From NCBI RefSeq assembly GCF_004010195.1, contig NC_057718.1:61032233-61096232 (forward strand): a stretch of DNA of 64,000 bases, read 5' to 3'. The notes beneath the pieces are model-generated. The model saw only the letters and a list, made by a program, of their open reading frames with translations. It was not told the origin of the DNA and searched no databases. Position 1 is the first letter of the stretch. Each line of letters opens with the position of its first letter. This document shows positions 1-14,084 of this stretch, piece by piece. A program made the position numbers and the translations under genes. The DNA comes from Chiloscyllium plagiosum. Its lineage: Eukaryota.

Positions 1-625
1 CCTTTATTGATCAGTGTATTGAGTACAGGAGTTGGGACGTCATGTTGTGGCTGTACAGGACATTGGTTAGGCCACTGTTGGAATATTGCATGCAATTCTG
101 GTCTCCTTCATTTCAGAAAGATGTTGTGAAACTTGAAAGGGTTCAGAAAAGATTTACAAGGATGTCGCCAGGGTTGGGGGATTTGAGCTATAGGGAAAGG
201 CTGAACAGGCTGGGCTGTTTTCCCTGGTGCGTTGAAGGCTGAGGGGTGACCTTATAGAGGTTTACAAAATTATGACGGGCATGGATAGGGTAAATAGGCA
301 AAGTCTTTTCCCTGGGGTGGGGGAGTCCAGAACTAGAGGGCATAGGTTTAGGGTGAGAGGGCAAAGATAAAAAACAGACCTAATTGGCTACTTTTTCATG
401 TAGAGGATAGTACGTATATGGAATGAGCTGTCAGAGGAAGTGGTGGAGTCTGATACAATTGCAAGATTTAAAAGGCACTTGGATGGGTATATGAATAGGA
501 AGGGTTTGGAGGGATATGGGCCGGTTGCTGGCAGGCGGGACTAGATTGGGTTGGGATATCTGGTCGGCATGGATGGGTTGGACCGAAGGGTCTGTTCCAT
601 GCTGTACAGCTCTATGACTCTATGA
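1..625 (+). mobile_element. CR1 (HER1-type) LINE 3' fragment, cut by window edge
   Basis: ORF2 C-terminus LYRTLVRPLLEYCMQFWSP...LERVQKRFTRM; 3' tail ctctatgactctatga. Confidence 0.95.
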
Positions 626-1754
626 CATTATAATGGAGGCTTCATTCAGGGCAATCCTCCTAACGTGTAAATAAATCCATTAAGTATGCAAGGAAAATAG
701 GAAAATAGCAATGATCATCATTACCAAGAAGAATGATGCCTGGCATGTTCCTATTTCATGTGAATGTTTTCTAAAAAGTAAACTCTAATTCAGATTTCAA
801 TGACAGAAGTTTGATATAGCTAATTACAAAGATTTCTGTCTACAAAAGTGAAATATATTCGAGCCTTCCTTTGCATGAGTTTGGTATTCTTCACTGGAAA
901 TGTTTCTCACTTCAGCTGTACTATAAATAAATAAATTGGATTTGTCTTTCCTGAATTTCATTGTTCTTCTATTTGTTCTTGTAGTGCTGGAAAGGCAGCA
1001 AACTGTATTTTCAAAAACTTATTAAATTGTTACAACAGATACAGAAAATGATTTTCAGCCAAAAAAAAACTTTAATCAATCACTGCCTTTATAGCAATCT
1101 AGAAAACAGCAGTTAAATAATAGAGATGGGGGAAATGCTAGAATCTGACATGTTCTTTTAATAAGCATTTATTGTCAATCCAATCACACCTATCTGAATA
1201 CTGAAAGATACATCATTTGAAGTCAATTGTAGATAGTAAATGCTCAGTTGACCTTCAAGATGTCATTGCATTGATAATGCCACACTAATTTAAAGCACAA
1301 GCATTAAAAAAAAAGCTATCAATAAATATTCTACAAATGTGTACAGAGTATAAATTTAAAATAATACATGATGTCTTCATTTGAGTTCAATTTCATGTCG
1401 GTGGTTCTACCAGAGATGAATACACAGTTGCATTATTTTTGCTGTAAAAGTTAAGTTTGTGCATGATCAAATGACATATTCGCACATCGGCATCTATTCT
1501 TCTTGGTAGTGTCAATAATAGAAACCAAGGGTTAGATTTTCCAGCCACACCTGAGGAAAGGCAGTAATTCTCCAACAACCATCCGACTGTAATGCATTGA
1601 TCCTAGCTGCTTTTGCAAGGCCAGCTGCTTTTCCACAATTTGGATGGACAGTTGAGGTTGGCTTTGAATGCTCAACAGAGAAGGTCAGCAATTAAATTAA
1701 AGTGCTCATTTTAAGGCAAATGATGCCCTACAGGGATTAAAATGCTGATTTCCT

Positions 1755-2220
1755 TCATAAAAAGACATACGGCACCAAAAAGACGTTTTGTCCAACCAGT
1801 CCATGCTGAACATAATCCCAAACTAAGATATTCCAACCTCCCTGCTCCGGGCCCACATCTCTCCAACCCTTTCCTATTCATGTACTTATCTAAATATCTT
1901 TTAAATGTTGCAACTTTGCTCCATCTACTACTTCCTCAGGAAGTTCATTCCACATGTGCACCACCCTCTGTGTAAAGAAATTGCCCCTCCTGTCTTTTTT
2001 AAAATCTCTCTCCTCTCACCTTAAAAATGTGCCCTCTGGTCTTAAAATCCCCCATCCTATGGAAGAGGCACCTACCATTAACCCTATCTATGCCCCTCAT
2101 GATTTTATAAACATCTATAAGGTCACCTCTCAACCTCCTGTGCTCCAGTGAAAAAAGGTTCCAGCCCATCCAACCCATTTTTATAACTTAAACCTTGAAT
2201 AACCAGCAACATCCTGGTTG
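1755..2220 (-). mobile_element. Older CR1 LINE 3' end
   Basis: Reverse-complement similarity to the CR1 3' region seen elsewhere in the window. Confidence 0.85.
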
Positions 2221-3006
2221 ATGACATGAATCTGACAATTTCTGCCCTCTGACAACTGCAGCTAGATACTGCATGTTAATCTCAGGTGTTCTCACAATAG
2301 ATAACACTAGCGTCTGGGTGTCCACTGACCCTAATCATATGCATGCAGTTCTGCTTGTAAATGTGGCTGAAAGGGTATCAGCAGGAAGCCAAAACCTGCT
2401 TTTGTTTGAGCCTGTTCAACTTTCAATGATTCTCCACGTCTTCTTTACAAGAATTGTGGTAAAATGCGAGTTCTGCTGAGGAGATCCACCAAAAAATGGC
2501 TGTGCATTAACTTTTACCATGAATATAAGCACCAAATGTAAACTCAAAATAAAGCAAGAGGTAAGGTTCAAAAACAAATTAAATACAGAATGAGAGAATG
2601 CCTAAGAGCAAGAAACACACTAAAAAATGTATGTGGACACTGCATGGCATTGCTTTGTCCAATTCAGAGTATTGGTGTTTGTTAAAATCATCAAACCTCT
2701 GTCGCTTATTATTTGTAAAACGTCAGCTATTTATAATGTTTACATTATGTCGCATGCCAATATTTCTTTATTTTGTTGCAAGTTACATAAAGTAATGGGA
2801 GAGGGCTGTAACTGCATTCAAGGTACCTTAAGCATTGATGCTTCAATTAAAGTTTTGACTGCCATGTGTGATTGACTTCATCACAATTTATTTGGGGATG
2901 TAACTGATATTTTTGGTATAAAGTTCAGCTTCAGTAAAGGCAGTCTCTCAAAATTGTATTGTTCATAGTTAGATTTTATATCATATATTTTAAATTTCCT
3001 TCCTAA

Positions 3007-3505
3007 CAGTGGTTAGCACTATTGCCTCACAGCACTAGGGACCCAGGTTCAACTCCAGCCTCAGGCAAATGTCTACGTGGAGTTTGCACATTCTCCCTGT
3101 GTCTGTGGTACTCTGGTTTCCTCCCACAGTCCAAAGATGTGCAGGATATGTGAATTAGCCATGGGAAATGCAGGGTTACAGGGATAAGATAAAGGGGTGG
3201 GTCTAGGAAGTATGCTATTCAGAAGTGATTAGCACTACTGCCTCACAGCGCCAGGGACCCGGGTTCAATTCCATCCTTGGGCGGCTGTCTGTGTCAAGTT
3301 TGCACGTTCTCCGCGTGTCTGTGGTACTCTGGTTTCCTCCCACAGTCCAAAGATGTGCAGGATATGTGAATTAGCCATGGGAATTGCAGGGTTACAGGGA
3401 TAAGGTAAAGGGGTGGGTCTGGGAAGTATACTATTCAGAGGGTTAGTTTGGGCTCGATGGGCTGAAAGGCCTGCATCCACACTGTAAGCATTCTGTGATT
3501 CCGAT
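3007..3505 (+). mobile_element. Two head-to-tail HE1-type (V-domain) SINE copies
   Basis: tRNA-like head (cagtggttagcact...gggttcaa), central domain ggtttcctcccacagtccaaagatgtgcagg present twice, CR1-like tail attctgtgatt. Confidence 0.9.
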
Positions 3506-3989
3506 TCTACTGCATTGGATCTTTCAGATAACAATTGAAAAACTGTTTCTGGGGCTGCCCTGACTCAAGCTGTGTAAATCTTGCTGAATGAGAGAATGTT
3601 TGGATTGAAAAAACTTTCAGGTTAAAAACAAATGCCAGAAATATCTCCAGCTGCATGCACTTGAACTCAAAGTTACTGAATCTAAGGTAGAGCAGTAGAT
3701 ACCATCACATGGGAGCAAAGACAGGACCTTTGGAAAGCAGGTCCAAGGGTTGATTAATCCACCAGCAGCAAGAGAAAAAGAGAAACAGAAAATAAACATT
3801 GTCACCAGGTGACTATCCATCAGGTTGAGAAGAGTAAGAAGAAAATACCCATGTTCTCAAGAGGCATGAGCAAATCCAGTTTCAATCTTGAGCACTTGTT
3901 GTAGCAATAATATCAGGGAGACCATGGCACCGTTTAAAAAGTGACCACACAAGAGAACAAGTGGTAAAAGTACTAGAACGGGGCCGCAT

Positions 3990-5470
3990 TACAAATTGAA
4001 TATTGAGAAGACTGAATTGTGTTATGTACCTACTGAGAGTAAGCGATATATGGTGTCGGCACAGAACTGTTTCAGAGGGAAGGGTTCAGCATGCCATTAT
4101 GGTTCAAGTTGGAATCAACATGATGAGGAATTGGATTTGGCTCTTGCAGAAAGACATTAAGAGTCAGATTAAAAAGCTAGAGCACAAAGATGGTATTCTG
4201 AAGACTGCCAGCAATGGCATGCGTCAGCCGGCTCAGGAACAACTAGAAAAGGGAAGTTAAAATGCAGTTTGGACCAATGATATGGCAATAAATTGTTGTA
4301 AACTAATATTTATGGAATGTATCTTCTGCCAAACAGAACCACTTCAACAGGAAATGATGTAGTGGTCCCATGACATAGACAGTCAGCAACAGCAGCAGTA
4401 GGGGTAACATGCATATAGGAGGAGAAAGTGAGGTCTGCAGATGCTGGAGATCAGAGATGGAAATGTGTTGCTGGAAAAGCGCAGCAGGCCAGGCAGCATC
4501 TAGCGAACAGGAGAATCGACGTTTCGGGCATTTGCCCTTCTTCAGTAACATGCATATAACCTAGTTTCTCAGTGAATACTACATGTCAGATGAGTTGTAC
4601 ATTTATATCAAAGAGAAGAACATAACTGAAATCACTCTTCTCCTGTTCGATGAGAACAACTCTGACACTGGAGTGAATCATACCAATGATTAGGCTACAT
4701 CTGGACAGAACTCAGGCCAATATCTATGCACAGAGGTTAGCTTAGAACTGTGGGGAAGGTTTCAAATCAAGATAGCGGGAAAAAGAGCAAAGCCAGGAAG
4801 CAGCTTGAATGGAAAAATAAATGGAGTTTGAAAAATTGAAACCAGTTATGCAGGACACATTTATAAAACACAAGAACACAATATTGGAAAAAGCAAAAGT
4901 AGACAAACAGTAAAACCTGAAGAAATTAAAATGTACTGGCATTGATGTGCAGAGTATAGTGTGCAATTTTGAGACTGTTATGTATTGAGAAATGGTCTAA
5001 AATAAATTCATTTGGCTTGAGATGCACAATATCATTGGAAGTTAACGATGACTGCTGAACAAAAGAATAAAAGCTAAAAAATAAAATTTTAAAAGATAAA
5101 CTCAAAGAAAATAATCAAAAAATGTTCTCTGGTCGGGAAGCAAGTTGGGAAGAATTCTAAGAGTGGCCATGAGCAGACCCTGACAAACTTATAGAGTTGT
5201 CCATTATGATTATCAAGAAAAACTTGTAAAGTTATCTCTAAAAATCCAGAAAGAAGAAAGTTGAAGGATGATCTGCAGACCCTTCAAAATTATGAAACAT
5301 TATGCTCAGTGAATGATGATAAAGAAGGTACATACTTTAAGATAACCATAAGAATCAACAGTTCGTAAATTATCTTTTTAAGCTTGTGTTAGAATATAAT
5401 GTTCTCACCATAGCTTGTTGTTAAAGCAGAGTCCGTATATTATTTTGAAAGGCAATTGGATAGGTGTCCA
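3990..5470 (+). mobile_element. Heavily decayed CR1 relic (ORF1 esterase-like region, ORF2 start, 3' remnants)
   Basis: AIMVQVGIN resembles CR1 ORF1 VVVHIGTND; LKCTGIDVQSI near 4925 resembles ORF2 start LKCxYxNARSI. Confidence 0.5.
4418..4545 (-). mobile_element. Short PLE-derived element with hammerhead core
   Basis: Minus strand CTGAAGA-A-GGGC aaat GCCC-GAAA-CGTC; 14-bp TSD gtaacatgcatata at 4404-4417 and 4545-4558. Confidence 0.85.
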
Positions 5471-5509
5471 AACTTCAGGAGAGTGAACAAATAAAATTCA
5501 GGAGTTAGG

Positions 5510-6280
5510 TTACTTGCCAGAGAACACCTGGCCTCTGACCTGCTTTTGGAGCTGCAGTATTTATGTGGCTGGTCTAGATCAGTTTCTGGTCAATGGCAAT
5601 CAATATAATGGTGTACTAGTTAACCAGCTGAGGGAGGGTGGTAATCAGCTGGATGTTTCCTTGTCCAAATTTGACCTGATGCTATGAGAGTTCATAGTGT
5701 CTGGAGTCAATATTGTGGACACCCAAGACCATTCCCTCTCAATTGTTTTTCATTTACGGTCACCTCTGGGGAATCTGCCCAGCCAGAGGGACAGGGCACA
5801 CTCAGAAATAGTGATCTGTGTCACTGGTTGGAACATATATTGTGGGAGCATGACTATATAAGGCTGTTGTTGAATTAGTATGAGTCAGATCTCCCAATTC
5901 TGTCACAAATCTCCAATGTGTTAGTGAAGATAACTATGCAGGGCTGGATGTGATCTTGTGACAAGGTGGAGGACAAGTATTCTCATTGATTTTATTCTTA
6001 TTTTTTTTTGTTAAAGAGTTTAGTGGCTTTAGTCTTTCTCTTAGCATTGAGAGTGTGGTGCTGGAAAAGCACAGCAGGTCAGGCAGCATCCAAGGAGCAG
6101 GAAAATCGACGTTTCGGATATAAGCCCTTCACTTAGCGTTTTGATACAAACTGAATGGTTTGCTTGGCCACTTCAGAGGACAGTTAAGAGTCAACCACAA
6201 TACTGCTGGTCTGAAGACACATGCCAGTCTGACTGGGTAAAAACAATCAAATTCTTTCCATCAGGGACATCAGAGAACTA
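5510..6280 (-). mobile_element. Decayed fragment of a second (non-HER1) LINE family, interrupted by a PLE-derived element
   Basis: Shares sequence with 36260-36985 and 53080-53760 (e.g. ttaagagtcaaccaca...gtctg). Confidence 0.6.
6047..6131 (-). mobile_element. Short PLE-derived element, partial hammerhead
   Basis: gctggaaaagcacagcaggtcaggcagcatc...aatcgacgtttcgg; flanked by cttagc repeats. Confidence 0.8.
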
Positions 6281-7746
6281 GATCAGTTTTTATGGTCAGT
6301 TTTTATGCTAACCCTAACAGTTACAGCCTGGTGACTGAAAAAGTTGACCTCTTACTGTTGAAACTTTACATGGATGTGGTGTATAGCCTTGAGCAGCTGT
6401 AGGGTCATGATTTGACTGTAGGCTGTTGGATTAGGGACTGATACAGACTGGCAACTGGCTATGTGGTACTAGCAATATGGATTCATGCTTGGGATAATGG
6501 GTTGAATGTCAGTACTGAAGCAAAGTCACTTAGCATCGCCCATGACGTTTCACAGAGATCGTTCTGGTAAGGATTTCACCTCTATTCACTGTGTCATGAT
6601 ATGGCAAGTGATTGCAGTGGTCTTCATTGGACATTAAAAGCCTAGAACAGCATTGAAGTCTTCTGGCTATTCAAGTAATCAATCCATGAAATAATCTTTT
6701 TACCATCACTCTCCCCATTCAGGAAACAACGATAAAATTATTTTGAAAATGTTAACATAAAGCAAATGAAAGATTAGGGCATACACTTGGGTGAAGGGAA
6801 AACCTCCTATTCTGAGAAAAACACATTTAGCATTTTAAAAAATCTATTAATCATGTCACAGCATTCTACGATTATAACCTTATTTGTTCTGTGACTGTTT
6901 GTTGTTCCTCAAATGTTCTTAATCACATCATTGTTAAAAACTTAGGTCTCAATTGTACAGTTACATGTTTTAACTAAACTCTGAGCTGGACGTGCCATTG
7001 TTTTAATATTGCATTAGAAAGTTACATCAGATCCTGAAGATGAGGATAAATCTTCACTAATTTTGCCACTAGAGTTTTCTAATTAACATGCTTCAACTAG
7101 TTCCAACATAAGTGTTTCGTTAACTCTCTACCTCAAGACTTGCTTCTACTGGACTTGCATTAACCTTCAAAAGAATACATTTTGTAAATGGAACTTTGAA
7201 AACTGCATTGCAGGCAATATTTTAGTTTGAGCATTCACACAAGACTTGAAGAGCTAATGGCGTTCTTATTCTTGATCACACAGATTGTAGCATCTTTCAT
7301 TTTGGCACATGAAAAAAGAATCACTCCAGCCTTTCTAGTAAATCATGATTCTGTCCAGGATTTAGGTGGTGCTTATCTACCTGGTATTTACATTGACCTC
7401 CACTTTGCTGACTTGTTCGGCTGTCTGCAATTCCTCAACATCTGACACAGTATACACTCCAGAGAGAGGGAACTGACCAGAGAATACACAAATAATGGCT
7501 GATCCAACATTCTTTTGTGTCTGCCTGCTGCTCACTTCTGAGCAGTTGTTGTTTAAACTCCAGCAGGACAGCCCAGTGTTCTTGAAAGAAGTTGAATCTA
7601 TTTCTGTCATCCCACAAAAGCCGTAATTCAACATTGTCAAAAACAAATCTTGCTGTCGAAATTTTAACATTCTCCAGACTTCAGGCAAGTATTTTAGGTG
7701 CTGTCTTTAACCTCTTTCCTACTTATTCTTAAGAAATTTGGCTGAA

Positions 7747-8043
7747 TTTATTACAAACTTTGTTATGAGGTGATTGGTTTCAAATTTATTAACTTTTGTG
7801 ACTCTTGTTAAGATTTTGTGCCTTAAAGAAAAGCAGATATGACCAAAGGTTGTTGGCCAGTCTAAAATGTGGATATGACTTGGAGAAATTTATTTCAGTG
7901 TCTTCAGACTCAGTGTTAGAACTATTGGTCTTATTGGGATCAAACCCTCTCGAATCATTATAAATTAGATTCAGTGCCAATCTTGTTTAATCTCTTCAAT
8001 CTGTACAGATGTGTTTGCTATTCCATCTCTATGCATGCTAAAC
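7747..8043 (-). other. Candidate terminal exon of an unidentified minus-strand transcript
   Basis: Branch point CTAAC at 8085-8089, long pyrimidine tract, ccctag|G at 8043; stop at 8018 (phase 1, GLACIEME*) or 7971 (phase 2, FSMHRDGIANTSVQIEEIKQDWH*); AATAAA at 7785-7790 and 7747-7752. Confidence 0.4.
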
Positions 8044-8424
8044 CTAGGGAGCAGCATCAAGATAAGAAAGAGGAAAGGGGCAATGTTAGACCATGAGCAA
8101 AGTATGAATTTATTGGATTGAGAAATGAGGAAGAGAAAGCATCACTGGGAATTCTCTGATTCAGGTTAAGAGGTAAAATGGAAGCCAAACAAGGACAATT
8201 GTACAGAGTGAGAATTGTGTGTTTGAACATGTCAGGTTGAAGAGGATGGTGATTAAAATGAAAATGTCTAAAGTTATAATTGCCATATTTTTGGAATGTA
8301 ACTTCTAAATTAGGAATTAAGTATTAAATGTAAGATAAATGGGCAAAAAAACCTGAAAGATTGGTAAACTAATTGAGTCTATCTACCATTCAAAAGATAA
8401 TCTTAGTTAATAAGATCAGAGAGA

Positions 8425-9607
8425 TTGACAAGGTTCCCCATGAGACATTGGTTAGCGAGGTTACAGCTCATGGAACACAAGGATAACTAGCCATTTGGAT
8501 ACAGAACTTGCTTGAAGGTAGAAGACAGAGGGTGGTGGTGGAGGGTTGTTTTTCAGACTGGAGGCCTGTTTTTCAGAGTGGAGTGCCACAAGGATCAGTG
8601 CTGGGTTCACTACTTTTTGTCATTCATATAAATAATTTGGATATGATCATAAGAGGTATAGTTAGTAAGTTTGCAGATGACACTAAAATTGGAGATGTAG
8701 TGGACAGCGAAAAAAGATACCTCAGATTACAACAGGATCTTGATCAGATGGGCTAATGGGCTGATGGAGTTTAACTTAGATAAATGCAAGGTGCTGCATT
8801 TTGGGAAATCAAATCTTAGCTGGACTTATATACTTAATGGTAAGGTCCTCGGGAGAGTTGCTAAACAAAAAGACCATGAAGTGCAGGTTCATAGCTCCTT
8901 GCAAGTAGATTCGCAGATAGATAGGATAGTGAAGGAGGTGTTTGGTATGCTTTCATTAATTGGTCAGAGCATTGAGTATAAGAGTTGGGAGTTCATGTTG
9001 CAGCTGTACAGGACATTGGTCTTTTGGAATATTGCATGCAATTCTGGTCTCCTTCCTATAAGAAGGATGTTGTAAAACTTGACAGGATTCAGAAAGGATT
9101 TACAAGGACGTTGCCAGGTATGGAGGATGTGAGCTACAGGGAGAGGCTGACAGACTGGGGCTATTTTTCCTGGAGTGTCAGAGGCTGAGGGATGACCTTA
9201 TATAGGTTTATAAAATAATGAGGGGCATAGATAGGATAAATAGACAAAGCCTTTTCCCTGGGGTGGGGGAGTTCAGAACTAGAGGGCAAAGGTTTAGTGT
9301 GAGAGGGGAAAGATATAAAAGGGACCTAAGGGGCAACAGTGTGAGAGGGGAAAGATATAAAAGGGACCTAAGGGGCAACATTTACAGGCAGAGGTGGTGC
9401 GTATGTGGAATGAGCTGCCGAGGAAGTGGTGGATGCTGATACAATTGCAACATTTAAAAGGCATTTGGATGAGTATATGAATAGGAAGGGTTTAGAGGAA
9501 TATAGGCAAAATGCTGACAAGTGGGACTAGATTAGGTTGTGATATCTGGTCGGCATGGATGGGTTGGACCAACGGGTCTGTTTTCATGCTCTCTATGACT
9601 CTTTGAT
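8425..9607 (+). mobile_element. CR1 (HER1-type) LINE, 5'-truncated, RT domain to tail
   Basis: SGVPQGSVLG...FADDTK RT motifs; frameshifts; ctctatgactct tail. Confidence 0.97.
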
Positions 9608-11359
9608 TGTAAGTACGAAAGCAAATCACAATGGATGGCTGTTCTCTAAGTCTAACTGAGATGAGATGTCAACAGTTGTTCTCATAAGATTTAAATAGAC
9701 CATGTGGGACCCAGATCAAAGAAAGGTCTTGAAGTATCCATATAGTTTTCAGATTAAAGGATATTAAAAAAGTGTGGATAATAGGTTTGAATGTCTGAGA
9801 GATTCCAGTGTTGCCATGCACCTGGGAATAGGATATCCTTTTGTGTTATTTTCTATGTTTTCTCATAGTAAAGTAAATGAACGCTACAAAAACAATTTAA
9901 GGAAAACATTGGAATGTTAAGACTATTAATTTGGGTTTCTATTTGGGAACAGGCCGTGAATGTCACTGATTGAGAGTGGAGCTTTGATTAGGGAGGTCTT
10001 TATTGATTTACCTGTGTTTGCTTGCCAAGAGAATGTGGTTCACTTTAGTTTTGTTAGGGAAAGGCAGCTGGAAATTCTGCTTTAGTTGAGTTCCACCAGA
10101 GCCTTATGACAGAAAACCGTTAACAAAGTCAGTTTGGGAAGTTATGGGGAGACAATTGGATACCTGCCAGCAAGAGTAATAATCAGCTCAGACATCCATC
10201 CACCATTGTCAGATTGATAAAGGAAAAGGTGGAAGTTCGCACAGGCGAACAGTTAATAAAGGACCTCCACAGTATATGACCTCAGAGGGATAGGTAGAAT
10301 ATTGAAAAGAATCCAAGTAAATCACGAAAGGCTGTGACATACTTAGCCATGATCTCACTTAATGGCAGAGCAGTCTCTACAGGCTGAATAGTCTACTTCT
10401 GCTCCTACATCTTGTGCTCTTACACTTTTTGTGTTGATACTAGAAAAAGTGAATAATCCTTCTAAGTTTCATAAGATAAGGAAACTCATGAGGGAAAGTG
10501 AAATACAGGAGTGAGTTTGTAGTGTATTATTTATAACTTGTAGTGTTAAGTTAGTAGTGTTTAACTCATTTAATTATTTTTGATATACAATAAGATGTCA
10601 CTGCTTTTGTTTAAAACCATGTAATCTGATGGCATTGTTCTTTTGGTTAATTGCGGTGTTTTTAGATTCCTTCTTTAATCTTTGCAATCCCTAATAAAAT
10701 GGCAACAATATTCACTAACACACTTACCAAAGGAGAGACGTCAATCTATTAAGTAATTAAAAATATTTCTTAATGTAACAACCTCCCTGAATTGGCCTAA
10801 CAAGAGTTGGCAAAGTAAAACAGAAATCTGACTGATGTTATTAAAACAGGAGACAGTTTGAAAAATAACGATAAATTTGCAAGGTAACAATTTATAAAGG
10901 ACATGAAAGAGCAGAGTTTGGAAATTATCTGGAAATTTGCAAAGACACAAGTATCACAGACATCATTTGCGTATGGTTGATAATGATTGGTTAGAAAGAG
11001 ATAAGGACAGTACTTGAGAAAAGGTGACCACGTATTGTATGAGTAAAAATGGGGCCAGGTAGAAAAGTTGAATGTTTTAAACCCATCCAGGATCACAGGT
11101 ATCTCCATGATGTACAGCACTACTCAGACAGCTGTTCTCGCTGCATTCTGAGATTCACATTCAGTGACATATAATGCTACAAACACATCCTCAACCTTTC
11201 TCTCAATCAGCACCCCCTCACACTATCTCAAAGCTGCCCTGCGCTTCAAGTTCCATTTCATTCTTTGACTCATTTGACATCATCCACTTGCTTGTTCCTC
11301 TTTCATAATCCTCCACATCCACTAGCAGTCCCCATTATCGACATAAATAACATCAAAAC

Positions 11360-11870
11360 CTAGCCACCATACACAAAGCACAAGTCAGGAGTGTGATGAA
11401 ATACACCCCACTTGCCTGGATGAGTGCAGCTCCAACAACACTCAAGAAGCTTGACACCATTCAGAAAGAAAGCAGCCTGCTTAATTGGACCACATTCTCA
11501 ATCATTCACTCCCTTTACTCCCGACACTCAGTAACAGCAGTGTGTGCTATCGACAAGATGCAGAAATTAGTCAAAGACAGTACCTTCCAAACCCACAACC
11601 ACTTCCATCTTGAAGAACAACAATAGCAGATATATGGGAACTTCATCAACTGCAAGTTCCCCTCCAAGCCACTCAACATCCTGAATTGGAAATATGTCAC
11701 TGTGCCTTCAGTGTCATGGAATTCCCTCCCTGTCGGTCCTGTGGGTCAATCCAAGCAGGTGCAATGGAATGGTTCAAGAAGTCAGCTCACCACCACCTTC
11801 TCAAGAACAACTAGGTTCAGGCAATAAATGTTGGCCAACCAGCCATGCCCACGACCCATGGGTTAATATT
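11360..11870 (+). mobile_element. 3' end of second LINE family
   Basis: KAQVRSVMKYTPLAWMSAAPTTLKKLDTIQ, typical LINE ORF2 C-terminus; 3' end ggcaataaatgttggcc. Confidence 0.8.
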
Positions 11871-11894
11871 TTAAAAAAAACTCCTGACTGCTAT

Positions 11895-12680
11895 CAGTTC
11901 AGAAGAAAGGTTGCTGGACTCAAAACATTAACATTGTTTTCTCTTCACAGCTGCTGCCAGACCTGCTGAGCTCCAGTAATTTCTGATTTTGTTTCAGATC
12001 TCCAGAATTTGCAGTTCTTTGTTCTATGTTAGTGTGTAATTCACTGCCACATCTCTTCCTGAAGAAGTTCTGCTCCTCTCTCTGACAGGATTTCCGTTTT
12101 AATCCTTCTTCTTGTTAACTATCATTACTTTTGTTTTTGCTCCCCATTTTTGACAAGGTATTTGCTGAAACACGCTTCCACAGCCACATCTCATTCCTCA
12201 GTGACATCCACTGGTTCAGACACACCCTACAAGGATTCCATCTGTAATTTCATCTTTCATGTTTTGAATCTACCATGATCACAGATGTCTCTATGATGCA
12301 GAGGTCTCCTTAGACAACTGTTCTCACCATGTCCTGAGATCAGCACACAGTACCATGTGCCACCCAATGTACACTCATGATTTCTCGCTCCATCAGAACT
12401 ACCTCACACTGTTCTGCACCCCACCCCATTCCATTTCACTATTCAGTTCATTTGATGTTATCAGCTCACTTCTTCCCACCCCATCCCACCAACATTTTGA
12501 CCCCTCATCATCAGCAGAAATACCATCATTTCCTAGCTGCAATCAGTTTTAAAGATGGTCACTAGACTCAAAACATAAACTCTGTACCTTCTTCACACAT
12601 GCTACAGTTCAGCTGTTTCTCCAGCAATTCTGTTTTTGCTCATCTCAGATCTCCAACACCCACAGTCGCTTGTTTTGTTT
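11895..12680 (+). mobile_element. Old Penelope-like element relic (two pLTR-like repeats flanking an ORF remnant); related fragment at about 11090-11345
   Basis: gactcaaaacattaac...gctgccagacctgctgag...tcagatctccag repeated at about 11900-12030 and 12560-12680; 12280-12360 resembles 11092-11170. Confidence 0.6.
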
Positions 12681-13341
12681 GGCAGTTTATTACAAATGGA
12701 GAAAGAGGGCGTCGATATGTTTTTTGAATGGAATGGGCTCAGAGCGGTGTTTGGAAAGAAACTAGAGCTAAATAAGTATTTCGAGCTCTGGGGAAAGGGG
12801 GAGTCAGGTGAGGGAGGGGCAAGGCAGGTCAGCAAGCTATAAAGAAGCTGGTAAACTCCATTTGTTTATAGAAGTTGAACTGTTGTCAAAAAATAAGAAA
12901 ATAAATATCTGAGAGACATCATCTACATTTTTATATATTTAACTTCTATTAAACTTATATATACATAAATATTAAACTAACAAAATAAGCTTTATTTACC
13001 TTTTCCTGTTATATATTATAGTCATATCATGAGCATCCCTCCACCTTTGAAAGGTGATGGACATTCTGATGATCCATTTATTGGGTTAAGCCTACACTTT
13101 GTTCTTTGCAATGTCCTTTTGAAAACAATTTTAAGGTGAGGAGCACTTCAGAAAAGGATTAATTGGTTCAAAGTGTTTGCTGACACCAACAATCCTCCGA
13201 TAATATTTGACAGCTCGTATTCACCTTTGAATTTTTTTCATTCTGGACATGTGCATACATTTGCACAATTAAAAATTTTTTTTTAGAATTACAAAACAAA
13301 TATTTTGCTTACTACTTTTTTACATGCATCCATCTATACAT

Positions 13342-13600
13342 TCATGGAGTAATAGAGATGTACAGCACAGAAACAGATCCTTTCATCCAAGTCATCCATG
13401 CCGACCAGATATCCTAACCTAATCTATGCTCATTTGCCAGCACTTGGCTGATATCCCTCTAAACCCTTCCCATTCATATACCCATCTAGCTGCCTTTTGA
13501 ATGCTGTAATTGTACCAGCCTCCACCATTTCCTCTGGCAGCTCATTCCATACACGTACCACCCTTTGTGTGAAAAAGTTGCCCCATATGTCCGTTTTATG
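13342..13600 (-). mobile_element. CR1 (HER1-type) 3' end
   Basis: Reverse complement of the HER1 3' UTR and tail. Confidence 0.9.
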
Positions 13601-14084
13601 ATTCATTCAAATCTGTTCATTTGTGTGTGTTTGCTAGCTTTAATCGCTCTGTTTAAAATTTTGGTCGATAATTATCGCTTATACTGCCCATGCTTGCGGG
13701 GATCAACAAATACAGTTTAGTTGGTATTAATACGTTATTAAATTCTAAGAAATACCAGTGCGACCATCGGTTTTCATGGAGAAGAATAGCTGATACATAA
13801 AAGACCAAGAGAGAGCTATTTGCATTGAGGTTGATTTTCATCACATTCTTCCTTTTTCAGCAGTACAGAATAATGACAATTCATGCAAAGAAACAAAGGA
13901 CAAGATATGTCCATATGGCAGTCTATAGACTGGTTATGTAATTTAAATAGGTCTCTCAGAATAGAGCACAGGCTGTGTTACCATGTGTTGGAAAGGAAAG
14001 GACACTGAATTCTGGAAGAGTGAGGTATGTGGTTTGGATAGTACCCACCACCGCTGTGGAAATATTTTTACCTAAGTTGTAAAG

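Noticed and set aside
7377..7688. 103-aa minus-strand ORF
   Set aside because: Non-ATG start, no recognisable domain or convincing splice boundaries; likely UTR or decayed repeat.
12995..13120. Possible minus-strand exon ending AAG|GTAAAT
   Set aside because: No acceptor gives a phase compatible with the 15214 exon without a stop; weak pyrimidine tract.
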